From Lachnospiraceae bacterium (lineage in GTDB: Bacteria > Bacillota > Clostridia > Lachnospirales > Lachnospiraceae), in NCBI GenBank assembly GCA_017434885.1, contig JAFSGE010000031.1:52968-116967 (forward strand): 64,000 nt of DNA. The letters run 5' to 3'. The notes beneath the pieces were generated by a model. The model did not search any database. It saw only the letters and a program-made list of their open reading frames with translations, and was not told the DNA's origin. The position numbers and the translations under genes are program-made. Within the stretch, counting starts at the first letter, position 1; each line of letters begins with the position of its first letter. Of the stretch, positions 37,747-46,287 are shown one piece after another.

Positions 37747-40122
37747 ATGGACATTATACTGAAATTGAAAGAAGAACTAAAGGTAGAAAAGTGGCAGGTG
37801 GAGGCAGCTGTGAAGCTGATTGATGAAGGGAATACCATTCCTTTTATCTCCCGTTACCGTAAAGAAGCTACAGGCTCTTTAAATGATGAACAGCTTCGTA
37901 ATCTGCATGAGAGACTGACTTATCTGCGCAATCTGGAAGAGAAGAAGGAACAGGTAATCGGCAGTATTGAGGAACAGGGCAAGATGACCGATGAACTGAA
38001 AGCTAAGATTCTGGCAGCAGAAACCTTGGTAGTGGTAGAGGACTTGTACCGTCCGTACAGACCGAAACGTAAGACCAGAGCCAGTGTTGCCAAAGAAAAA
38101 GGGCTTGAGCCGCTTGCAGAATATATTATGCAGCAGAATGCAGGTACACCGCTTGCAGAAGAGGCAGCTAACTACATAGACGAAGAAAAAGGCGTAAAGG
38201 ATGCAAAAGAAGCTCTGCAGGGAGCGGCAGACATTATTGCCGAGAGCATTTCTGATGAGGCGGACTATCGTATTTATATCAGAGACATTACTACTCAGGA
38301 AGGTACATTGACAAGCAGTGCCAAGGATGAAAAGGCACAGAGTGTTTACGAAATGTATTATGCCTATGAAGAACCCATTAAGAAAGTGGCAGGACACCGT
38401 GTGCTTGCATTAAACCGTGGGGAAACAGAGAAGTTCCTGGCGGTTAAGGTGATTGCGCCCAAAGAGAGAATTCTGCAATACCTTGCAAAGAAAACATTGA
38501 CTTCAGAAAACGAATACACCACACCTTTTCTGCAGGAAGTGATTGAAGATGCTTATGATCGTCTCATCGCTCCTGCTATTGAGAGAGAAATCAGAAACGA
38601 ATTAACCGAGAAGGCGGAGGATGGAGCCATTTCCGTTTTCGGCAAAAATTTAGAGCAGCTTCTCATGCAGCCGCCTATTGCAGGTAAAGTGGTGCTCGGA
38701 TGGGACCCTGCATTTCGTACCGGATGTAAACTTGCGGTAGTGGATGCTACCGGTAAAGTACTTGATACCAAAGTAATTTATCCCACAGCACCTCAGAATA
38801 AAGTAGAAGAGGCAAAAGCAGAACTGAAAAAAATGATTGCCAAGTACGGCATCTCCTTAATCAGTGTAGGTAACGGAACGGCATCCAGAGAATCCGAGCA
38901 GGTGATAGTGGAACTGATTAAAGAGCTGAACATGCCTGTTCAGTATGTAATTGTAAACGAAGCAGGCGCTTCTGTTTATTCCGCAAGTAAGCTGGCAACG
39001 GAAGAGTTTCCGAACTTTGACGTGGGACAGAGAAGTGCGGCTTCCATTGCAAGAAGATTACAGGATCCGTTGGCTGAACTTGTTAAAATTGATCCCAAGT
39101 CTATCGGCGTGGGCCAGTATCAGCATGATATGAACCAGAAGAAACTGGGAGAAGCATTGAGCGGCGTGGTAGAGGACTGTGTAAATAAAGTGGGTGTTGA
39201 CTTAAATACTGCATCAGCACCGCTTCTTGAGTATATTTCCGGTATTTCCAAGGTGATTGCCAAGAATATCGTGGATTACAGAGAGCAGAACGGTAAGTTC
39301 AGGAACCGTGCACAGCTTTTAAAGGTTCCCAAATTAGGTCCTAAAGCGTATGAACAGTGTGCCGGATTCCTTCGTATTGTAGACGGTGACAACCCCTTAG
39401 ATGCAACCAGTGTGCATCCCGAAAGCTATGAAGCAGCAATGGCACTTCTTGCAAAGATGGGATTAACGATGGACGATGTCCGTGCTGCACAAAAGGAAGC
39501 GGCCAAGAAGAAACCGGCTGCGCAGGCAAAGAAAGAAGCGCCAAAGAAAGAAAAGAAGCAGCAGAAAGTTGTGATCCGCAATACCAATACTGCCATGGGA
39601 CAGGCACTTGCGGCAGCCATGGGCGGTGCTACCATGGCACTTGACAGTGAAAACTCAGATAAAAAGAGCAGCGCAGAAGGTAAGCAGACTGATACAGTGA
39701 AAGAAGCAGCAATGGTAAGTTCTCTTGAGAAGAAAATCAAGGATAAGAAGTTGATGGCAGAGGAACTCGGTATCGGTGAAATTACTTTGACTGACATTTT
39801 GAAAGAATTGGAAAAGCCGTCACGTGACCCCAGAGAGAGTATGCCTGCACCGATTCTTCGAAGCGATGTACTGGATATGGAAGATTTGAAACCCGGTATG
39901 ATTTTGAAGGGAACTGTCCGTAATGTTATTGACTTTGGTGTATTTGTGGATATCGGTGTACATCAGGACGGACTGGTACATATTTCGCAGATTACTGACA
40001 AGTTTATTAAACATCCTCTTGAGGCAGTCAGTGTTGGTGACATTGTGGAAGTACAGGTACTTTCCGTAGATGTACCCAAGAAGAGAATCGGTCTGACAAT
40101 GCGTATTAATCAGGCAAAATAA
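37747..40122 (+). CDS. tex: Tex-like transcription accessory protein (YqgF/HHH/S1 domains) with a Lys/Ala-rich insert
   Basis: 'IPFISRYRKEATG', 'VLGWDPAFRTGCKLAVVD' (YqgF-like), 'LLEYISGI' plus the HHH region, and the C-terminal S1 'GMILKGTVRNVIDFGVFVDIGVHQDGLVHIS'. Confidence 0.9.
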   Translation: MDIILKLKEELKVEKWQVEAAVKLIDEGNTIPFISRYRKEATGSLNDEQLRNLHERLTYLRNLEEKKEQVIGSIEEQGKMTDELKAKILAAETLVVVEDLYRPYRPKRKTRASVAKEKGLEPLAEYIMQQNAGTPLAEEAANYIDEEKGVKDAKEALQGAADIIAESISDEADYRIYIRDITTQEGTLTSSAKDEKAQSVYEMYYAYEEPIKKVAGHRVLALNRGETEKFLAVKVIAPKERILQYLAKKTLTSENEYTTPFLQEVIEDAYDRLIAPAIEREIRNELTEKAEDGAISVFGKNLEQLLMQPPIAGKVVLGWDPAFRTGCKLAVVDATGKVLDTKVIYPTAPQNKVEEAKAELKKMIAKYGISLISVGNGTASRESEQVIVELIKELNMPVQYVIVNEAGASVYSASKLATEEFPNFDVGQRSAASIARRLQDPLAELVKIDPKSIGVGQYQHDMNQKKLGEALSGVVEDCVNKVGVDLNTASAPLLEYISGISKVIAKNIVDYREQNGKFRNRAQLLKVPKLGPKAYEQCAGFLRIVDGDNPLDATSVHPESYEAAMALLAKMGLTMDDVRAAQKEAAKKKPAAQAKKEAPKKEKKQQKVVIRNTNTAMGQALAAAMGGATMALDSENSDKKSSAEGKQTDTVKEAAMVSSLEKKIKDKKLMAEELGIGEITLTDILKELEKPSRDPRESMPAPILRSDVLDMEDLKPGMILKGTVRNVIDFGVFVDIGVHQDGLVHISQITDKFIKHPLEAVSVGDIVEVQVLSVDVPKKRIGLTMRINQAK

Positions 40123-40208
40123 AAAAATAAAAATTTTTTACAAAAAACCCATAAAAAGGATATTCCTCCCGCGTATCTGATATATCAGTTACAAGGGAGG
40201 GATTTTTT

Positions 40209-42038
40209 ATGAAAAAAAGATTAGTAGCATGTTTGATGACAATGACATTAGTGGCAGGAATGCTGACCGGTTGCGGCGGGATGAAGGCAGCAGAGGCGGA
40301 AACCGTGACGGAAGCGACAACAGAAGCGGAAACTGAGGCGGCTGCAGACACCGGGATGGAAATGAAAACGGAAGAATCCTGCACGACGGAAGCAGCACCT
40401 GCGGAAGAGGCACCGGCAGCAGAAGCACCTGCGGAAGCAGAGACTTTGTATGACAATGCCATGATGAAGGAGTCCGCAGAAGAAGCACCGGCAGCAGGGA
40501 TGGCGGAGGAGAAGCGGGCTGATGCGGAAGCGGCGAAGAGTGAAGCAAGCTATTTAGAAGGTTGCTATGACTTTGATAGTGAAGTGAAAAATGATAACTC
40601 AGAGGAATATAGTGAATGGGAAGAAAAAGGTTACAGTTCTGTGATGAAAGAGCCTCTTTCCACTTTTTCCGCAGATGTGGATACTGCATCTTACAGTAAT
40701 TTGCGCAGATTGATTCGGGATGGTTATTCCTTGGAAGAATTGCCTGAAAATGCAGTGCGAATCGAAGAAATGTTAAATTATTTTGATTATGATTATGCAG
40801 AGCCTAAAGGGAATGAGCCTTTTGGTGTAACTACGCAAATCGGCAAGTGCCCTTGGAACGAAGAAGCAGAGCTTGTGATGATTGGGCTGAAAACACAGGA
40901 AATTGAGTATGAACAGACACCTTCTTCCAATCTTGTATTTTTACTGGATGTATCAGGCTCTATGCATAATGAAGATAAGTTACCGCTATTACAGGAATCA
41001 TTTTGTATGCTGGCAGAAAATCTTACTGAAAAGGATAGAGTATCCATTGTAACCTATGCCGGAGACGATACAGTTGTACTTGATGGTGTCAGCGGTGACA
41101 AGACAAGAAAAATTCAAAAAGCGTTAATGAACCTTGAGGCTGGCGGAGGTACCCACGGAAGTAAGGGAATTGAAACGGCCTATGAACTGGCGGAAGAACA
41201 TTTTATTGAAGGCGGAAATAACAGAGTGATTCTGGCAACCGACGGTGACTTAAATATTGGTCTTACCACAGAAGAAGAACTTGAGGAATTGATTTCCGAA
41301 AAGAAAGAGAGCGGCATTTTCTTATCTGTACTTGGATTTGGAACAGGTAACATTAAGGATAACAAAATGGAAACTTTGGCAGATAAGGGAAACGGAAATT
41401 ATGCATATATTGACTGCATCAGGGAAGCAGATAAGGTGCTGGTGGAAGAAATGACAGCTACTCTGCTGACAATTTGCAAGGATGTAAAATTCCAGGTGGA
41501 ATTTAATCCTTCCGTAGTATCAGAGTATCGTCTTATCGGTTATGAAAACCGTGCGCTCAATAAAGAAGATTTTGCGGATGATACCAAAGATGCGGGAGAA
41601 ATCGGGGCAGGACACAGTGTTACCGTGCTTTATGAAGTGATTTTAAAGGAGCCCATGGACGGACTTGCAGAAGAAGAAATTGAAGATTTAAAATATAGCG
41701 ATAATTACAAAAAGGAATTAAAAGAACAAGGAAATGGGACAGAGCATGGTGAGAAAAGTAGCGCTCTTACAGAAGAATGGTTTACTTTGAGTGTACGTTA
41801 TAAAAAGCCGGCTGAGGATACCAGTAATCTGCTTCAGTATCCTATCGGATATGAGTGCTATGATACAGACCCTTCCGATGATTTCCGGTTTGCGGCAGCA
41901 GTGGCTGAGTTTGGTCTTTTGGCATCCCACAGTGAGAATCCGGAAGATGCTTCTGTGAAGAATGTAAAAAAGGTGCTAAAAGACATTGATTTGGATGATG
42001 AATACAAAGAAGAATTTTTGGAGCTGGTAAAATTTTGA
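40209..42038 (+). CDS. von Willebrand factor A (vWA) domain lipoprotein with an acidic low-complexity linker
   Basis: The lipobox is 'LTGCGG'. The linker is Ala/Glu/Thr-rich. The MIDAS motif is 'LLDVSGSM', and the vWA core follows. Confidence 0.85.
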   Translation: MKKRLVACLMTMTLVAGMLTGCGGMKAAEAETVTEATTEAETEAAADTGMEMKTEESCTTEAAPAEEAPAAEAPAEAETLYDNAMMKESAEEAPAAGMAEEKRADAEAAKSEASYLEGCYDFDSEVKNDNSEEYSEWEEKGYSSVMKEPLSTFSADVDTASYSNLRRLIRDGYSLEELPENAVRIEEMLNYFDYDYAEPKGNEPFGVTTQIGKCPWNEEAELVMIGLKTQEIEYEQTPSSNLVFLLDVSGSMHNEDKLPLLQESFCMLAENLTEKDRVSIVTYAGDDTVVLDGVSGDKTRKIQKALMNLEAGGGTHGSKGIETAYELAEEHFIEGGNNRVILATDGDLNIGLTTEEELEELISEKKESGIFLSVLGFGTGNIKDNKMETLADKGNGNYAYIDCIREADKVLVEEMTATLLTICKDVKFQVEFNPSVVSEYRLIGYENRALNKEDFADDTKDAGEIGAGHSVTVLYEVILKEPMDGLAEEEIEDLKYSDNYKKELKEQGNGTEHGEKSSALTEEWFTLSVRYKKPAEDTSNLLQYPIGYECYDTDPSDDFRFAAAVAEFGLLASHSENPEDASVKNVKKVLKDIDLDDEYKEEFLELVKF

Positions 42039-42111
42039 TGCATCAAAAACGCAAAATGTAAATTTTCAAAAAAAAAAACAAACCTATTGCGTGTCTGAGG
42101 GATTAATTTAG

Positions 42112-42139
42112 GGTGACGGTACGAGCCGTCACCTTTTTG
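42112..42139 (+). terminator. Rho-independent terminator after the vWA gene
   Basis: The stem 'ggtgacgg'/'ccgtcacc' has a 6-nt loop and a T5 run. Confidence 0.8.
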
Positions 42140-42145
42140 TTTACT

Positions 42146-42190
42146 CAAAAAACTGCGTATTGTTTCAAAAATCTGCGGATTGTGCAGAAA
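42146..42190 (+). repeat. Copy A of a ~45-bp element with internal TGCG(T/G)AT direct repeats 20 nt apart
   Basis: 'caaaaaactgcgtattgtttcaaaaatctgcggattgtgcagaaaat'. It aligns at roughly 80-85 percent identity with 60906-60950. It lies just 5' of a candidate promoter. Confidence 0.6.
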
Positions 42191-42193
42191 ATA

Positions 42194-42221
42194 TTGTAAA
42201 TTATAGTCTTTGTAGTATAAT
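42194..42221 (+). promoter_or_regulatory. Candidate sigma-A promoter of the substrate-binding lipoprotein gene
   Basis: 'ttgtaa' (42194-42199), a 16-nt spacer, and 'tataat' (42216-42221), 34 nt before the ATG. Confidence 0.45.
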
Positions 42222-42254
42222 ATTACAAATTAAAAAAATGGAGGAATTCAAAGG

Positions 42255-43133
42255 ATGAAAAAAATACTTAGTTTTTGTTTGGTTTTTTGCCTTGTAATGA
42301 GTATGACATGCGGATGTGCAAAGGCACCGGAAAAAAGTGAAGGAAATTCTGCACAAGGCGTGTTACCGCTTAAGACAGGGATATTAGCAAGAAGTGCTGT
42401 TAGTGAGGAAGAAAGCGAAAAAGCGATAGGCGAGCACACCATGTCCCATGTGAAAGGGGATATGACTTTTGAGCTTACTTTCTACGATAATATGTCATCC
42501 ATGCTTATGGCACTTCAGGCAAAGGATATTTATGTAATGATTTTGGCAGACAGTGTTGCACAATACATAGTAGCCCAGAATGACTCTTTAATGATTGCAC
42601 CGGAAAGAGAGGGAGAAGGTCTGAATCAGAATATCGCATCCTATCAGATGATGATGAAAGAGGAGGATACGGATATTCAACAGAAATTTAATGATGCAAT
42701 TGTAGAACTAAAGGCAGAAGGCGTCATTGATGAACTGGTTGAGACACATGTCAAGGGTCATACAGATGGTTCTGCTCCGCAACAGGTAGAGATTCCTGTA
42801 ACAAATGGAGCTGAAACCGTTAAAGTAGCCGTTACAGGAGATCTTCCACCCCTTGATTTTGTGGCAGCGGACGGAACCCCTGCAGGATTTAATATGGCAT
42901 TACTTGCAGAAATTGCAAAGAAGACGAATATCAATATTGAAGTAGTGCAGGTAGATACCGGAGCCAGAGCTGCCGCGTTAACTTCAGGCCGTGCGGATGT
43001 TATTTTTTGGGTGAATACCAATTCCTGTTCTGTGCACGGTGAGATTGAAAAAGGGGCTGATATTCCGGAAGGAACCATTACAACAGAACCGTATTTTTCA
43101 GAGGCAATGAGCTTTGTAACATTTAAGCAGTAA
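42255..43133 (+). CDS. Family-3 (polar amino acid type) substrate-binding lipoprotein, apparently circularly permuted
   Basis: The lipobox is 'MTCGCA'. Residues ~60-170 resemble the C-terminal half of SBP_bac_3 proteins ('MLMALQAKDIYVMILADSVAQYIV', 'FNDAIVELKAEGVIDELVETHV'). Residues ~180-292 resemble the N-terminal half ('VKVAVTGDLPPLDFVAADGTPAGFNMALLAEIAKK', 'LTSGRADVIFW', 'TEPYF'). Confidence 0.75.
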   Translation: MKKILSFCLVFCLVMSMTCGCAKAPEKSEGNSAQGVLPLKTGILARSAVSEEESEKAIGEHTMSHVKGDMTFELTFYDNMSSMLMALQAKDIYVMILADSVAQYIVAQNDSLMIAPEREGEGLNQNIASYQMMMKEEDTDIQQKFNDAIVELKAEGVIDELVETHVKGHTDGSAPQQVEIPVTNGAETVKVAVTGDLPPLDFVAADGTPAGFNMALLAEIAKKTNINIEVVQVDTGARAAALTSGRADVIFWVNTNSCSVHGEIEKGADIPEGTITTEPYFSEAMSFVTFKQ

Positions 43134-43147
43134 TATAGTCATAACAA

Positions 43148-43179
43148 AAGCACACGGTACATTTGTACGGTGTGTTTTT
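43148..43179 (+). terminator. Rho-independent terminator after the SBP gene
   Basis: The stem 'cacacggtac'/'gtacggtgtg' (one mismatch) is followed by a T5 run. Confidence 0.7.
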
Positions 43180-43222
43180 GAGGATTATAAGCAAAAGACA
43201 AAAGATACAGAGGACAGTAATT

Positions 43223-43573
43223 ATGAGTATGGTAGGGAAAATGATTTTGGAGGAATTCGTAGAAAACCGTTCTGTTTACCTGGAACTGGGGGATGTGGTC
43301 CATAACCGGTTAGAAGAGTTGGTTAAGGAAGCAGGATTATCTATTCTTGGTATCGAACACCGGATTAAAACGGTAAAAAGTCTTGCAGGAAAGTTGGAGA
43401 GAAAGGGAGACGATTACTATCGGAAACTGGAAGATCTAACGGATTTGGTGGGAGCCAGAATTATTTGTTTTTTTGCCGATGAAGTAGATGTTTTGGGTCA
43501 ACTGGTAGAAAAAAGTTTTCAAATTGACCGGGAAAATTCCCTGATTTGGACGGACACAACAATTAGGAAGTAA
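43223..43573 (+). pseudogene. Truncated RelA/SpoT-domain (small alarmone synthetase-like) gene
   Basis: 'HRIKTVKSLAGKLERKG' and 'LEDLTDLVGARIICFF' match the N-terminal half of the synthetase domain. The frame ends 12 codons after 'IDRENS', so the catalytic Glu-containing strands are missing. Confidence 0.5.
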
Positions 43574-43668
43574 AGTCGACAATTAGGTCAAATTGATTGC
43601 GTGAAATGTTGAAATGGTAGATGATAGAAGCAAAGATAATGAGTCATAAAATAAAGGAGACAGAAACA

Positions 43669-43965
43669 ATGACAATTGAAAAGAATCGAAACAATGAAGA
43701 ACTGATAATTGCACCAAAAGGACGTCTTGACACTGTGACAGCCCCTTCTTTGGAAGAAGAATTAAAAGCAAGTTTTGACGGTGTTCAGAAACTGGTATTG
43801 GATTTTAAGGCGCTTGAATATATTTCTTCAGCAGGCCTGCGCGTTCTTCTCATGGCACAGAAAACCATGAATAAGCAGGGGGTTATGGTAATCAGAAATG
43901 TGAATGAGACTATAGCAGAGGTGTTTGAAATTACGGGCTTTGCAGATATGCTTACGATTGAATAA
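43669..43965 (+). CDS. STAS-domain protein (anti-sigma-factor antagonist, SpoIIAA/RsbV-like)
   Basis: The start is moved to 43669 (RBS 'aaaggaga'). 98 aa. 'LVLDFKALEYISSAGLRVLL' carries the conserved phosphorylatable Ser context (Ser53/54), and 'FEITGFADML' is the C-terminal helix. Confidence 0.85.
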   Translation: MTIEKNRNNEELIIAPKGRLDTVTAPSLEEELKASFDGVQKLVLDFKALEYISSAGLRVLLMAQKTMNKQGVMVIRNVNETIAEVFEITGFADMLTIE

Positions 43966-43991
43966 GTGCGAAAAAAGAGGAAAAACCAGAT

Positions 43992-46241
43992 ATGAAAAAG
44001 AAAAAGAAAATATCCCAATCTTTTCAAAAGTGGTTATCTGTGGTGATTATGATTGCTTTTTTAGTAACCACGGTATGCCTTTGGGTGATTCAGACAAAAC
44101 TCTCTGAGAATAATGCAATTAAACTGCTGGCACTTAACATTTCTGATGTACGTGAAGATATCATTGATGCATCAGATGAAAATCTTTTAAAACTGACTCA
44201 TGAAATTGCAGAGGAATTAAATCAGACGAATGAGGTTACATCAGAGTTTCTTGAGCAATTGACGGCAAAGTATGATGTGACGGAAATTAATCGCATTAAT
44301 CCCGATGGAATTATAGATGCCAGTACTTATCCGGATTTCCTTGACTATGATATGCGCTCAGGTGCACAGTCGAGTGAGTTTCTGGTACTGCTTTCAGGAG
44401 ATAAGGAGTATGTACAGAGTTATCAGCCGGTTTCGTATGACGATTCCATTTCCCGTAAATATGGTGGTGTGGTTTTGAATAACGGAGGATTTGTGCAGGT
44501 CGGATACGGTTCGGAGCGGTTCCAGAAAGATATTGACGAATTTGTAGTAGGGGTTACCAGAAATCGTCATGTTGGAGAAGGCGGCAGTGTCATTATTGTA
44601 AATGAAGCGTGGAATATTGTCAGTGACAGGCAGGGGAATGAGGGAAAGAATCTTGAAACGGTAGGAGTATGGATAGATAGGGACAAAACACCTGCCGGAG
44701 AAGTGTTTATCGAAACAGTATACGGAGAACCCTGTTATTGTATGTATCAAATTTCGGAAGGGTATCTGGTACTTGCTGTCATGCCTACCGGTGAGGCAGC
44801 ACTTTCACGTAACGTTTCCGTAGGCGTGACAACAGCAATGCAGATTCTGGTGTTTGCTGCATTGTTCGCACTTATTTTCTTTTTAGTAAGACGACTGGTA
44901 GTAGATAATATTTATAAGGTAAATGAGTCTCTTTCGGCGATTTCAGAAGGAAGATTGGACACCACGGTAAATGTCCGTTCTCATGAAGAGTTTAATGCGC
45001 TTTCTGATGATATCAATGCTACGGTAAATACCTTAAAGCGTTATATTTCCGAGGCAGAGGCAAGAATTGATGCGGAACTGGCATTTGCAAAGGCAATACA
45101 GCATTCCGCACTTCCATCTGTATTTCCGCCTTATCCAAATCGCAAAGAATTTGATATTTGGGCAGGAATGTATACAGCAAAAGAAGTAGGCGGTGACTTC
45201 TATGATTTCTATTTTGTAGATGAAGATACATTGGCCTTTTTGGTTGCAGACGTTTCCGGAAAAGGAATTCCGGCGGCAATGTTTATGATGACAGCCAAAA
45301 CCTTTATCAAGAGCTTTGCGGAATCGGGAATGAGTGTAGAAGAAGTATTATCCCATGCCAATGAAAAGTTGTGTGAGGGCAATGATGCCAATATGTTTGT
45401 AACAGCATGGATGGGACTTTTAAATACAAAAACCGGAGTAGTTTCTTATGCAAATGCAGGACATAATCCTCCGTTGGTAAAGCACGGGGATGAAACCTTT
45501 ACTTACTTAAAATCCAGACCCGGTTTTGTTTTGGCGGGAATGGAAGGTGTCCGTTACCGTAAGAATGAAATACAGCTGTTACCGGGTGATTCCATCTATC
45601 TTTATACGGACGGTGTTACAGAAGCTACGAATATAGACAATGAACTCTATGGAGAAGAACGTCTGCTTCATGTCATGAATCAAAAAGCAAATCTGTCTTC
45701 ACAGGAACTTTGTGAAGCGGTAAAAGCAGATGTGGATGCTTTTGTCGGTGAAGCCCCCCAGTTTGATGATATTACTATGCTGTGCCTGAATTACTTTTCA
45801 CCGGATGAAAAAGGAGAAAAGAATAAGAAAGTGAAAGAACTGACCGTAAAGGCTACCGTGGAAAATATTGATGAGATTACGGATTTTATCAATGAACAGT
45901 TAGAAAGCATGAATTGTCCTATGAAAGTACAGATGCAGATAGATGTGGCAGTTGATGAAATCTTTGGAAATATTTGTCATTATGCTTACCCTTTAAGAGA
46001 GGGAGAGGCAACGGTCTTTGTGGAAATGCAGGAAGAAACGCAGGCGGTTGTAATGACCTTTATGGATAGCGGAATTCCATACAATCCGTTAGAAAAGGAA
46101 GAGCCGGATACCACACTTTCTGCAGAAGAAAGGGAAATAGGAGGCCTTGGCATCTTTATTGTAAAAAAAACTATGGATGAGATTTCATACCGATATGAGA
46201 ATGGGAAAAATATTCTTACCGTGAAAAAATATATGAAATGA
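43992..46241 (+). CDS. Membrane sensor: Cache-like extracytoplasmic domain, HAMP, PP2C (SpoIIE-type) phosphatase and a C-terminal SpoIIAB/RsbW-like GHKL domain
   Basis: Two TM helices flank a ~250-aa extracytoplasmic domain. The HAMP segment is 'VNESLSAISEGRLDTTVNVRSHEEFNALSDDIN'. PP2C motifs are 'GGDFYDF', 'ADVSGKGIPAAMFM', 'LYTDGVTEA' and 'DDITML'. The GHKL-like part has 'VDEIFGNICHYAY', 'MDSGIPYNP' and 'GGLGIFIVKKTMD'. Confidence 0.85.
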   Translation: MKKKKKISQSFQKWLSVVIMIAFLVTTVCLWVIQTKLSENNAIKLLALNISDVREDIIDASDENLLKLTHEIAEELNQTNEVTSEFLEQLTAKYDVTEINRINPDGIIDASTYPDFLDYDMRSGAQSSEFLVLLSGDKEYVQSYQPVSYDDSISRKYGGVVLNNGGFVQVGYGSERFQKDIDEFVVGVTRNRHVGEGGSVIIVNEAWNIVSDRQGNEGKNLETVGVWIDRDKTPAGEVFIETVYGEPCYCMYQISEGYLVLAVMPTGEAALSRNVSVGVTTAMQILVFAALFALIFFLVRRLVVDNIYKVNESLSAISEGRLDTTVNVRSHEEFNALSDDINATVNTLKRYISEAEARIDAELAFAKAIQHSALPSVFPPYPNRKEFDIWAGMYTAKEVGGDFYDFYFVDEDTLAFLVADVSGKGIPAAMFMMTAKTFIKSFAESGMSVEEVLSHANEKLCEGNDANMFVTAWMGLLNTKTGVVSYANAGHNPPLVKHGDETFTYLKSRPGFVLAGMEGVRYRKNEIQLLPGDSIYLYTDGVTEATNIDNELYGEERLLHVMNQKANLSSQELCEAVKADVDAFVGEAPQFDDITMLCLNYFSPDEKGEKNKKVKELTVKATVENIDEITDFINEQLESMNCPMKVQMQIDVAVDEIFGNICHYAYPLREGEATVFVEMQEETQAVVMTFMDSGIPYNPLEKEEPDTTLSAEEREIGGLGIFIVKKTMDEISYRYENGKNILTVKKYMK

Positions 46242-46287
46242 TAATGGAACGATGGGTAATTGCAACTTGTTTAGAAGGGAGATTTTT

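Noticed and set aside
40106-40689. Two long minus-strand ORFs (118 aa and 160 aa), rich in Ser/Ala/Pro/Leu, opposite the start of the vWA gene
   Set aside because: They mirror the Ala/Glu/Thr low-complexity linker of the well-supported + strand lipoprotein gene. They have no RBS and their composition is an antisense artefact.
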